DNA of 64,000 nucleotides from a virus. The stretch spans positions 1-64,000 of the IMG/VR virus record IMGVR_UViG_3300020160_001966; one strand, written 5' to 3'. This document shows, piece by piece, positions 49,562 through 59,067 of the stretch (positions are counted from its first letter, which is position 1; every line of letters starts with the position of its first letter). The notes beneath the pieces were generated by a model that was not told the DNA's origin, made no database searches, and was given only the letters and a program-made list of their open reading frames with translations. The translations under genes were made by a program, and so were the position numbers.

Positions 49562-50469
49562 AATATTACGTCGATAAAAATTATTTGAAATTGGAAGATT
49601 TGGAATTGGTTACAGAATTATTATTTTCTTATCAACTTTTATCAAATGATGCTAAAAATTACATAAACAATAATCGTTTTTGGGAGTCTGGTATATTTTA
49701 TAATTTAAATACGGTAGAATATTCAAACGAAAATGAATGTGATTATTTCGCATTACCTTTCAAATTCAAAAGTTCAAAAGAAGACAGATTTTTAAAAGTT
49801 TTACACAAAGCTAAAGAATTTAATAAAAAATTAATATGTTTGAATAACGATGATTTTGGTGGTGATTACGAAATACCTAGCGATATAATTCTCTTTAGAA
49901 CATCTTTCGATTATAAATCTAAAATGGAAAATGAATACGCTTTTCCAGTTTTTATACCAGATATAATAAAAAACTCTAAAGGATATTCGAATAATTTATC
50001 TATAGGTTTTTGTGGAGATAGTAATAGGCCAGTTAGAAAAGAAGCTTTATTTGAACTCAAAAAAGGAAATATTCCATTGAATCATGATGAAGTGTTTTCT
50101 TTTTTTCAAAACCCAATAATTGATAAAAAAATTGGCAGGGAAAGATTTTTTAAAAATTTAGAGAATAACATTTTTGTATTATGCCCAAGAGGTTGTGGAA
50201 ATTTTTCATATAGATTTTACGAGACAATGTGTTATGGTAGAATACCGATTTTCATAAACACTGATTGTGTTTTACCTTTTGAAAACTTAATAGATTATAA
50301 AAAAGAAATAGTTTTTGTCGAAGAGAGTGAGTTGACAAACATAAACGATATAATTAAAGAATATTGTGACAAAAAAGATTTAATATTACAACAAAAAAAG
50401 TGTAGAGAAATATGGGAAAATTACCTATCACCTAATGGTTTTTTAAAAAATATAGAAAATATATTATGA
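49558..50469 (+). CDS. Exostosin-family (GT47) glycosyltransferase
   Basis: FVLCPRGCGNFSYRFYETMCYGRIPIF. Confidence 0.85.
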   Translation: MKYYVDKNYLKLEDLELVTELLFSYQLLSNDAKNYINNNRFWESGIFYNLNTVEYSNENECDYFALPFKFKSSKEDRFLKVLHKAKEFNKKLICLNNDDFGGDYEIPSDIILFRTSFDYKSKMENEYAFPVFIPDIIKNSKGYSNNLSIGFCGDSNRPVRKEALFELKKGNIPLNHDEVFSFFQNPIIDKKIGRERFFKNLENNIFVLCPRGCGNFSYRFYETMCYGRIPIFINTDCVLPFENLIDYKKEIVFVEESELTNINDIIKEYCDKKDLILQQKKCREIWENYLSPNGFLKNIENIL

Positions 50470-51146
50470 AAATTTATACAACCTTTTCATCTTCTCATAA
50501 AATTCTTTTTGATGAGTACTTTTTACCGTCATATAAGAAAGCGAACGCTAATAAACAATTTTCCCTATATGTTTCAGAAATGGAGCAGATAAGCAAAAAC
50601 GGTTCTTACAGCACCTATGGATTTAGAGAATCGACTTCAGATAAATTGAAGGTTATTATAAAGGCAATATCGGATAATATGGGGGAATGGATAATATTTT
50701 CAGATCCAGATATTCAATTTTTTGAAGGTTTTGCGGATGATGTTTTAAAATATTCTGATAAAAATGTAGATATATATTGTCAATGTGATACTCCAAAATG
50801 TCCAGAAAATGTCATAATGTGTACTGGGTTTATGATTATAAATTGCAATGAGCAAATTAAAAAAACATTCGAATCATCTTTAACATACATTAACAGTTTC
50901 GAGCATGATCAATATGCTTTTAATTATTTCGCAAGAGATAATAAAATTAAGTTTAAGACTTTACCAGAAGACAAATATTATACCATAGCATATAACACAG
51001 GAAATGCTGTTTGGAATGGTGAGACGTATAATAACATTCCTAAAAATATTCTAATGCATCATGCTAACTGGACTGCTGGTATAGAAAATAAAATAAAACT
51101 TTTAAAATATATTAAAGATGAAATTACAGGAAAAGTTACTATTTGA
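50466..51146 (+). CDS. Nucleotide-diphospho-sugar transferase (GT77-like)
   Basis: IIFSDPDIQF, CTGFM, HDQYAFN, HHANW. Confidence 0.8.
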   Translation: MKIYTTFSSSHKILFDEYFLPSYKKANANKQFSLYVSEMEQISKNGSYSTYGFRESTSDKLKVIIKAISDNMGEWIIFSDPDIQFFEGFADDVLKYSDKNVDIYCQCDTPKCPENVIMCTGFMIINCNEQIKKTFESSLTYINSFEHDQYAFNYFARDNKIKFKTLPEDKYYTIAYNTGNAVWNGETYNNIPKNILMHHANWTAGIENKIKLLKYIKDEITGKVTI

Positions 51147-51993
51147 TACCACATATTTAAGGATAAAATATCCTTTAACGCCATATCCTTCTTATCATCA
51201 AGGTTTGTATTTAGAAGAATATTTTTGTGATTATTTTATAAAAAATTGTTTACACGAAGTATATGATAGATATTACCTTCCTATATTTTGGACCAACATA
51301 TATTTAAAAAATTGGTTACACAATTACAGAAACCCAGTGCTGCAATGTTTCTTAGACACTTTGCCAAAAAATCAAAAATATTTCACCGTTTGTCAACACG
51401 ATGACGCTCCTTCTGAAAATATAGATGGTTTTGACATCAAAGTTTTTTCCGCTGGTGGTAATTATTCTAAAGGCATACCAATACCTTTAATATGCGCCCC
51501 GATGAATGTCGATAATATTATAAAGGATAAAAATATTTTTTGCAGTTTTGTCGGATCTTTAACACATGATGTTAGGAAAAAATTTATAGAAACATATAAA
51601 AATGATGAGGAATTTTACATATCTTCCAGAGAATGGAATTATGGAATAAACGCGCAACAATTAGATTTATTCTCAAATATAACATCCAAGTCTCATTTTA
51701 CTATATGTGCGAGAGGTTATGGTAAACAAAGTTTTAGATTTTACGAGACTTTACAATTAAGAAGCATACCAGTATACATTTATGATAATGATCCATATCT
51801 GCCTTTTTCGGACGTTATTGATTATAATTCTTTTTCTATAATACTAAATGTTAAAGATATTGGCAAATTAAAAGATATTTTAAAGTCTATTGATTTTAAT
51901 AAAAGGATTGAAATGATTGAAAAGGGATGGGAAATATATAAAAATTTCTTCACTTTTGAAAAAGTAACAGAAAGAATTTTAAAAAATGTCTAA
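51118..51993 (+). CDS. Exostosin-family (GT47) glycosyltransferase
   Basis: FCSFVGS.THDVR, FTICARGYG..SFRFYE.LQL.SIPVYI. Confidence 0.85.
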   Translation: MKLQEKLLFDTTYLRIKYPLTPYPSYHQGLYLEEYFCDYFIKNCLHEVYDRYYLPIFWTNIYLKNWLHNYRNPVLQCFLDTLPKNQKYFTVCQHDDAPSENIDGFDIKVFSAGGNYSKGIPIPLICAPMNVDNIIKDKNIFCSFVGSLTHDVRKKFIETYKNDEEFYISSREWNYGINAQQLDLFSNITSKSHFTICARGYGKQSFRFYETLQLRSIPVYIYDNDPYLPFSDVIDYNSFSIILNVKDIGKLKDILKSIDFNKRIEMIEKGWEIYKNFFTFEKVTERILKNV

Positions 51994-52759
51994 TACGAAT
52001 GGTGTAATATATTTTGAAGGTGTTGGTAAAAATAAAGGAGGATTATGTGACAGGTTAAAAGGTATGTATTCTTGTTGGATTTTATCCGAAAAATTGAATA
52101 AAGATTTTATATATAATATACCTCATCCAGTAGCTTTAAAAGTTAAAAATTATAAACAAATAAATAGCGAGGCTTTCACGGAATTGAATGTGATAGATTG
52201 GGAAAATTATTTACAATATTCTTCAAAAATAAAAAATTTGGATTTTCCAGAATTAAATTATAAAATACACACAAATATTGATTTCTCTAACGATTTCAAT
52301 CATTATAATAGTTTTCAAATTTTTATAAAACAATTTTTCAATTTAAATCAATTTGAAAAAGAACATAATGTTCAAAAATACGATATAGGTATACATGTAA
52401 GATGTGGTGGAGAAATGGTTGAATGGAACGATTATGATTTTGGTAAAAAAATAATAGAAACGGAATTTAAAAAAAGATTGGAAGAAATAGCAAATTTTAA
52501 AAAAGAAATATTTTTATGCTCAGATTCCAAAAAAGTTTTAGATATGGTTGATAGTTATAATATAAAAAACATATACTTGAGTCCATATGAACCCAATCAT
52601 ATTGATAGAGGTTTCAATGTTACAGAAAATGACTATATTTCAACTTTTTATGATCTATTGACTTTGGCTAATTGTCGATCAATATATGCGACTCTCGGAG
52701 AGTTTGCTAAAACATCTTCTAGAATTTACAACAATGAATTACAATATTTTTACAACTGA
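51986..52759 (+). CDS. Fucosyltransferase-like GT-B protein
   Basis: GGLCDRL, IGIHVRCG, IFLCSDS. Confidence 0.7.
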   Translation: MSNTNGVIYFEGVGKNKGGLCDRLKGMYSCWILSEKLNKDFIYNIPHPVALKVKNYKQINSEAFTELNVIDWENYLQYSSKIKNLDFPELNYKIHTNIDFSNDFNHYNSFQIFIKQFFNLNQFEKEHNVQKYDIGIHVRCGGEMVEWNDYDFGKKIIETEFKKRLEEIANFKKEIFLCSDSKKVLDMVDSYNIKNIYLSPYEPNHIDRGFNVTENDYISTFYDLLTLANCRSIYATLGEFAKTSSRIYNNELQYFYN

Positions 52760-53654
52760 AAAAGAACAATATCTAGTGGGTAATATCGAGTATGGTGGTT
52801 TTGGGGCCATGTATGCTAGAAGAAAACTCATAATGCAAATAGCTCAAGCCTTTAACAGAATACCCATCTTTAGATATTCTAAAGATTATGTATACGATGA
52901 TCCATTTTTAGAATTTAATCCAAATATAAATGATTTAAAAAATAAAGGCATAAAAGAAATTAAAAAATTTGATTTCACTGATAATGATGAGGTAGCGGTT
53001 TTTTTCGATTTCGGTTCGTATTGGAATAGTGAAAACATGCATAAGTATCAATGCTGGAGTCCTGATAAAGAAGATTATGTTCAATATTCTGGATATATGT
53101 ACAATCTTTTAAAGTTAAAGGAAGAATATTCATTAAAGGTAGAAGAAAAGATAGATTTTTTAAAACATAAGTATGATATAAAATCTTTCGATGATTATAT
53201 AGCAATACATTTAAGAAGAGGCGATAAAATAACAGAAACTAATTACATTAACGATGTTACATTGTTTGATTATGTGGAAAATTTAAACATAGGGAATAAA
53301 ATTTTTGTTACTAGCGATGAGTTGGATTATATATATGAAATTGAGCAAAAATATCCAAATTTTGAATTTATTTACGATTCTGAAGAAAAAAGATATGGGA
53401 ATAAAACTATTTCTAATGTTGATATGGTGGCTATGAATCCTTCATTAAAAGAACAAGAGACTTTAACATTTGTAAAAAATGTGGAGATTTTAAAAAGATG
53501 TAAAGTTGTTATTGGACCTCATAGCGCACAAATGACTAAAATAGCAGGTTCTATGAATTCTTATTTAAAAAATAAAAAGACTTTGCTTCTTATAAATACA
53601 GAAAGCGATAAATGGGAATTAGAGACTATGGGTAGCTCTGAGCAAACTGCTTAA
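52734..53654 (+). CDS. Alpha-1,6-fucosyltransferase-like (GT23/NodZ/FUT8-like)
   Basis: GGFG, IAIHLRRGDK, IFVTSDE; start revised to 52734. Confidence 0.75.
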   Translation: MNYNIFTTEKEQYLVGNIEYGGFGAMYARRKLIMQIAQAFNRIPIFRYSKDYVYDDPFLEFNPNINDLKNKGIKEIKKFDFTDNDEVAVFFDFGSYWNSENMHKYQCWSPDKEDYVQYSGYMYNLLKLKEEYSLKVEEKIDFLKHKYDIKSFDDYIAIHLRRGDKITETNYINDVTLFDYVENLNIGNKIFVTSDELDYIYEIEQKYPNFEFIYDSEEKRYGNKTISNVDMVAMNPSLKEQETLTFVKNVEILKRCKVVIGPHSAQMTKIAGSMNSYLKNKKTLLLINTESDKWELETMGSSEQTA

Positions 53655-54432
53655 AAATATTTTTCATAATAGTCTTGACTTGTTGTTCTGATGTATCTGG
53701 AACACAATTATTCCAAGCTGGTAAGACTCCATGTTTTTGTTTGAAATATTCAGCCCCCCTTTGAATATTATCAGACCAGTCTTTTCTAGGTCTAATTGTA
53801 CTGCTATTTTCCGAACATTCTATTTCATCCAAATATTCACAACTATTGGCCAGATCAGGCCAATTCCAATAAGGTGTGGTATAGCCTTCCTTTGAAATTC
53901 TATAAGAATGCTCAACATGCTCAAACGCATTTACAAAATTTTCATCTATAGTTCCACATTTATATAGAACTTCTCTACTATAATAACAGAACGCCCCAAC
54001 ACTGTGAGTATTTATAGACAATTTTATATCCCCATAATCCACTATATATCTAGGACAAGGTTTCCCCTTAGATACCCCATTTTTATTAGCTGGACCATGA
54101 TATGCAAAACAAAAATGTTGTATACCAGTTATTTTTCTAGCACGAATATATTCGTTAAAAACATTCGGGTCTTTTACAATTATATCGTCTTCAATAATAA
54201 AAATATGGTCCGCTCCAGATTTAATAGCATTTTGAAATAAAATATTTTTACTTTTACCCACTCCCAAATTTGTTTTATTTTTTATATAAAAATCATTTCT
54301 TTCAACCTCAACATCGATCTTACCATCATTAACAACTCCAATAAAATCAACATTATTAGATTTTTTAACAGATTGATAACATTTTTTAAAAAAATCTGTT
54401 CTATCGCAAGTAACTATTCCAACAAATACCAT
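53626..54432 (-). CDS. GT2-like glycosyltransferase
   Basis: NLGVGKSKN, IFIIEDDI, DENF, EHVEHSYR. Confidence 0.8.
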   Translation of the reverse strand: MVFVGIVTCDRTDFFKKCYQSVKKSNNVDFIGVVNDGKIDVEVERNDFYIKNKTNLGVGKSKNILFQNAIKSGADHIFIIEDDIIVKDPNVFNEYIRARKITGIQHFCFAYHGPANKNGVSKGKPCPRYIVDYGDIKLSINTHSVGAFCYYSREVLYKCGTIDENFVNAFEHVEHSYRISKEGYTTPYWNWPDLANSCEYLDEIECSENSSTIRPRKDWSDNIQRGAEYFKQKHGVLPAWNNCVPDTSEQQVKTIMKNIFKQFAQSYP

Positions 54433-54440
54433 ACTTGTTT

Positions 54441-54468
54441 AACTTATCTCCAAATATAAATAATTCAA
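54441..54468. promoter_or_regulatory. Nested divergent promoters (sigma70-like on minus, late TATAAATA on plus)
   Basis: Minus TTGAAT-N16-TAAGTT; plus TATAAATA at 54455-54462, 6 nt before ATG 54469. Confidence 0.6.
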
Positions 54469-54804
54469 ATGGCTGATGGAATTAATATTAGAATTTTACC
54501 AAGAACTGAAGTTTTAGATCCTCAAGATCTTTTTATTTTGGACAATAAATTTTTAGGAACACAAACACTGGCTTTCAGTTCTGTGGTTCTTTCTGGTTCT
54601 CAAGTATCCTTTTATTCAGATTTTTTAAAATTATCATCTTATACCACAAGCACTTTACTTAGTGGAGGTATATCACCTTCTGGTAACATAATACCATCAA
54701 AAGAAGGTATTATATATTATTCGTCAAATACAAAAGATTTATTCGTTTCCGTTGGAAGATATTCTGAAAAAGACTGGAAGAGAATATTAACAGTAAATTA
54801 TTAA
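54469..54804 (+). CDS. Small putative structural protein
   Basis: N-term IRILP...D.FILD motif; late promoter. Confidence 0.6.
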   Translation: MADGINIRILPRTEVLDPQDLFILDNKFLGTQTLAFSSVVLSGSQVSFYSDFLKLSSYTTSTLLSGGISPSGNIIPSKEGIIYYSSNTKDLFVSVGRYSEKDWKRILTVNY

Positions 54805-54806
54805 AT

Positions 54807-55376
54807 ATGGCATTATACAATACTAAAAGCGTTAAAGATTTACCACAAGTTGAAGAAGTTATAGATGGCAATTATCTTCTTATTGAAAATGATTTGGGTA
54901 CCAATATTATAGATTTTAAAGATTTTGTAATAGGTCCAAATAATGCATCTTTTTATAACACTATAGTATCATTATGTTCTAGATCCATTTCAATGTCTGC
55001 CACAGTAGACACTAAGTTACAATCAACGAGTGCCAAAATAGTCGAGGAAAATAACACTAAGATAGATGCATTAACAGCAAATTATCCTAGATATTTTGTA
55101 GTTTATCCGAAGAATCAATTAACAGTGGTTCAAGGCTTGAGATATGGTCAAACCATATTTAATAGTGAATTGGCGAGCATTGTTCCAGCCGATGTTAATG
55201 TGATACCAACCAATACATATGCTGCAAACATGAATTGGGTATTATTGTTATCGAGCACACAAAATCCAGGTAATCCTCCAAGCCCAACGCCTTACAGTTA
55301 CACAATAACAATTTCCTCAACGACTACACTTTCTCAAAATGCGGAGTTCGATTTACGAGTTTTAACCTTTTATTAA
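54807..55376 (+). CDS. Putative structural protein
   Basis: N-term VKDLP....DGNYLLIE motif. Confidence 0.6.
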   Translation: MALYNTKSVKDLPQVEEVIDGNYLLIENDLGTNIIDFKDFVIGPNNASFYNTIVSLCSRSISMSATVDTKLQSTSAKIVEENNTKIDALTANYPRYFVVYPKNQLTVVQGLRYGQTIFNSELASIVPADVNVIPTNTYAANMNWVLLLSSTQNPGNPPSPTPYSYTITISSTTTLSQNAEFDLRVLTFY

Positions 55377-55379
55377 TTT

Positions 55380-55589
55380 TTATTTTAAATGAAAATGTAA
55401 GGCTTTTGTAATTTTTCTCAAAATATCTCTATCAGATACCTTCTCGGCCTTTAATCTAGTTACTTCCTTTTTAAACGCATTAACAAATTCAGAAGATAAA
55501 TTAAAATTTCTAGGGTAAAACATCCTAGACTTTGTTAATATTGAACCGTAACTCTCTAAAACTGTATTGACTTTTTTATAAAACTTCAC
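55380..55589 (-). CDS. Small hypothetical protein
   Basis: GTG start 5 nt after TATAAATA; leader MKFYKKVNTVLE. Confidence 0.65.
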   Translation of the reverse strand: MKFYKKVNTVLESYGSILTKSRMFYPRNFNLSSEFVNAFKKEVTRLKAEKVSDRDILRKITKALHFHLK

Positions 55590-55597
55590 ATTATTAT

Positions 55598-56305
55598 TTA
55601 TATCTTAATAATAGGAGTTTTCTCATCGTTCAAAGCTTCTTTTTGTTCATACAAAAGCTTTTGCATTTCTGCCAATTCGTTAATATCTAAAAGAGATTGA
55701 TCCTCACCATACATATTACCATCATCTGTAACATACATGGCTATTTGAGCAATTCTTTCATGCGGTTGACCATATATGTCGATAATAGCTGGTGCATTAT
55801 CTTTTTCAAAGAAAGGTAGTTCTTCAGCACCTTTTTTATACTTCTTTAAGATTGCTTTAAATAAATTATCAATTTCTTCAACGTATTTAGGATCAACTTC
55901 TCTTACACCATTCTTTTCAATAGGAGGCATTAAATCTCTAGTACATATGAAAATGACATCGAAATGCGCCATCGATTTCCTAACTTTAAATAAAGAATTT
56001 TCTATAAATTTATCGTTAAAACCTTTAACTCCATTACCATAACACCACATGGAATATATTAAATTATCTAAAGGACATCTATCAAAAACAACATTTTGAT
56101 GCAATGTGTAGGGTTCAGCTTCAGCGCATAAGATGTCTAAAATTTCTTCCTGCAATTTTGGAGTAGTATTTTTAGAATGATTTTTCTTTTTAATCAATTT
56201 CCTATAATTACTATTAATTAGTTGATATTTAGGCCATTTTTGCAAAAAATGTTGAATTATTGTACTTTTACCAGTACATGCGGCTCCACTAAATGCAATT
56301 CTCAT
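55598..56305 (-). CDS. P-loop nucleotide kinase-like (AAA_28/dNMP kinase)
   Basis: GAACTGKST, FDRCPLD. Confidence 0.75.
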   Translation of the reverse strand: MRIAFSGAACTGKSTIIQHFLQKWPKYQLINSNYRKLIKKKNHSKNTTPKLQEEILDILCAEAEPYTLHQNVVFDRCPLDNLIYSMWCYGNGVKGFNDKFIENSLFKVRKSMAHFDVIFICTRDLMPPIEKNGVREVDPKYVEEIDNLFKAILKKYKKGAEELPFFEKDNAPAIIDIYGQPHERIAQIAMYVTDDGNMYGEDQSLLDINELAEMQKLLYEQKEALNDEKTPIIKI

Positions 56306-56359
56306 AATGATATATTATCTCAAAAATTACAATATTCAACTAAAATATATTACCAAACA

Positions 56360-57595
56360 TTATCTAGATTGTATTCTAGCAGGAGGTCTATCTGCTGTAG
56401 GAGATTGTTGTTGTCTAACAGAAGGTCTATTAGTTGTTTGAGACTCTTGGCTGTTCTTCTCATCTTCCTTTTTACCACCTGAGAAAAAGTTTTTAATCGA
56501 TGTGCCAACATCTCCAGCAAAATTGGAAGCAGAACCAGCGGCACCGCTCATTCCAGATTGTGGTCTAAAATCTTTACCTTCTCTTCTAACCTGAACATAT
56601 TCTGGTTTATTATACTCACCTCTACCTTTTTTTGGATTTCTGATATATAATTGAGTTTTTGGATTATTAACATCTTCCTGTGTTGCTGGTCTATATTTCC
56701 CACCACCCATATCAACATATGATGGAAGAGTGTCTTTTCCAAATTTGATAGGCGTTGGTACTTGATATTTTGGGGTCTGATCCGATGTTGTGGGTGTCGT
56801 TGAAGATCCTTGAACATTTCTTCCTAAAGTAGCTGCATTTTTATAATCAGATGAAGCATATGCCTTGTTTATGATGGGTTGAAACTTTTTAACATCATCT
56901 GGATTGTTTATATCGAATCTTTTACCGTTATTATCGTAAAATTGTTTTAAAGCAGATTTTAATACTTCATTTTTACCTTTATCTAATGAACTTGCTGAAT
57001 CATATTCACCACCCATGTATTTTTTAAACACATTTTTAAGTCTTTCATCAGCGGCTAATTCAGCTTCACTTCCAGTAGCTTGTGTCGTTTTTTCCGCTTC
57101 TGAAGATACTTCATTTCCAGCAGTTTCTTGTGACGGCGCGGCATCTACTCCACCATCTGGTACACTCACAGGTTCAATTTCTTCTATAGATGCATCTTTG
57201 CCAGCAGTGGGAGTTTCACTTTCAACTTCTTCTGGAGTATCACCAGAGTTTATTATCTCTATTACAACTGGTTGAAAATCTGAATTATAAACACTTGGAA
57301 ATACAGTTACTAAATTGTTTTGAAATTCTCTAAAAGCATTTGTGGCTTTTTGATCATTGGAATTTAGATAAGCTTTACCAGCATCTGTATTTGCAGCATC
57401 TTTATATCCATTTAAAAATTCCAAAGCTTTTTCATACATGCTAACGCCGCCAGGTGTTTCGACTTTAGGATTATTTAAAAATTCCTTTTTTTGTTCTTCG
57501 GATAAATTTGAAAAATAATTGTTAAATTTAATTATTTTAGAAATTACATCTTCCATGTTATTTTCATTCTGTTCTCTCAATATTTTATATTTCAT
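56360..57595 (-). CDS. Hypothetical protein
   Basis: Start revised to MKYKILREQ at 57595; the upstream ORF extension overlaps the neighbouring gene. Confidence 0.7.
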   Translation of the reverse strand: MKYKILREQNENNMEDVISKIIKFNNYFSNLSEEQKKEFLNNPKVETPGGVSMYEKALEFLNGYKDAANTDAGKAYLNSNDQKATNAFREFQNNLVTVFPSVYNSDFQPVVIEIINSGDTPEEVESETPTAGKDASIEEIEPVSVPDGGVDAAPSQETAGNEVSSEAEKTTQATGSEAELAADERLKNVFKKYMGGEYDSASSLDKGKNEVLKSALKQFYDNNGKRFDINNPDDVKKFQPIINKAYASSDYKNAATLGRNVQGSSTTPTTSDQTPKYQVPTPIKFGKDTLPSYVDMGGGKYRPATQEDVNNPKTQLYIRNPKKGRGEYNKPEYVQVRREGKDFRPQSGMSGAAGSASNFAGDVGTSIKNFFSGGKKEDEKNSQESQTTNRPSVRQQQSPTADRPPARIQSR

Positions 57596-57602
57596 AATAC
57601 TA

Positions 57603-58400
57603 TTAAAAAGTGGGTTCTGGCAAGTTTGCACTTGAAGATGATCTTTTAGGTTTAGGTGATGGTTTAGGGGATGGGGAAGGCGATGCTTTAGGAGTTGCTT
57701 TTGAAGATGGTGAGGGGGTTGGTTTTGGTGATGGTTTACCATTCTCGGAATCTTGAGGTTGATTTTCATCAGATGATGTAGACATCGCAACATTCGCACC
57801 AACATGTGCCAATAATGTTCTAGCACCAATAGCACCTAAAACTGCAACTAAAATTTCTTGCATATTTTTTGGTGAAGATTTAAATATTGTTTTAAAACCA
57901 TTTATAAATTCTGGTTTTGAAAAAATAATATTTAGTATTTTTTGAATAATAGCCATTATACCTTTAAAAACATAAGCATTTTTGGATGCAGCACTTATAG
58001 CAGAACCGCCTTTCCAAGCCACTTTCAAAACCTTTAATCTACCAATCATTGGTATTGAGAAGAATATACTCAATAAAAGTTCAAATTTATTTTCATCTGA
58101 AGGATCGGATTGGTATTTTTTTAAATTTTTTTCAACATCTGGCCAACTGGTAATGCCTGTTGGATCAAGACATGATAAAAATTCCCCAATTGGATGTTCG
58201 AGTATTCCTTGCAAATCGATCAATCCATCAGTGCTTCTTTTTATGGATTCCATAAAATCTGAAGTTAAACTATATTTTCCAGAAAAATATCCTGCTATCG
58301 GTGCTGCTATAGCGGCTAACAACGCTAACGGCACTGCTTCATTTATAAGTTGTACATTATTTTTATAATTTTCAAAAATTAACTCGCAGTCTTTATTCAT
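57603..58400 (-). CDS. Hypothetical protein with DPTG..SWP motif and Pro/Ser/Lys-rich tail
   Basis: 265 aa; leader MNKDCELIFENY. Confidence 0.7.
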   Translation of the reverse strand: MNKDCELIFENYKNNVQLINEAVPLALLAAIAAPIAGYFSGKYSLTSDFMESIKRSTDGLIDLQGILEHPIGEFLSCLDPTGITSWPDVEKNLKKYQSDPSDENKFELLLSIFFSIPMIGRLKVLKVAWKGGSAISAASKNAYVFKGIMAIIQKILNIIFSKPEFINGFKTIFKSSPKNMQEILVAVLGAIGARTLLAHVGANVAMSTSSDENQPQDSENGKPSPKPTPSPSSKATPKASPSPSPKPSPKPKRSSSSANLPEPTF

Positions 58401-58473
58401 AATATCTTTATTTATTTAGTTTTTTTTTATTTATGATATCAATTTAAGGTTTGAGTTTATAATACAAATATTT

Positions 58474-59067
58474 TTAATTATATACAAGAGCAGGATTCCT
58501 CCAGACACTACCATCCCACCATTCAAAACCTTGAAGATTCTTTTTATAGGACAAAAAATGTACATAGTATTGAGATATGTATAAATACTCGTAACCTTCT
58601 TTGAATAATTTGTCTATCATAAAATAATAAGATAGAGTTCCATAAGAATGTTTTTTACTCGACTCATCCCAAACCATCATTGGAAAGTAAGGTATATTAT
58701 CTCTAAAATATAAAAGTCCGCAAAAACAATCATCGAAAAAGAATTTGAAAGTATTGGGGTCTTCTAGAAGAATAGGTAAAGTTATACTACAGTATTTTTC
58801 TTTATTCGCCATTTGAGCGATTTCCAGTACATCTTTATCATATGTTATATTAATTTTTGAAAGTCTTTTCTGTCTTTTTTTAGATATGGGTTTTAATTTC
58901 AACCTCGAAGATCTAACTTGATACCAAGAATCGCTTTTAGGAAATTCAGGCAACCACCCGTTCTCAAACATATATTCGGATGTTTCATGCTCTTGTTTTG
59001 CTGTAACAGTCAAATAATTGTGTCCATCGGTATACAAGCCGTCATTGTGATCAAAAAAAATTTTCAT
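58474..59067 (-). CDS. ATE/Bpt-like aminoacyl-tRNA-protein transferase
   Basis: ENGW, WYQ.RSSR, SYGTLSYYFMI, GYEYLYI, SYK, FEWWDG. Confidence 0.6.
   Translation of the reverse strand: MKIFFDHNDGLYTDGHNYLTVTAKQEHETSEYMFENGWLPEFPKSDSWYQVRSSRLKLKPISKKRQKRLSKINITYDKDVLEIAQMANKEKYCSITLPILLEDPNTFKFFFDDCFCGLLYFRDNIPYFPMMVWDESSKKHSYGTLSYYFMIDKLFKEGYEYLYISQYYVHFLSYKKNLQGFEWWDGSVWRNPALVYN

Noticed and set aside
57596-57835. N-terminal extension of ORF 56360..57835
   Set aside because: An alternate-frame read-through of 57603..58400; ATG at 57595 gives clean tandem packing
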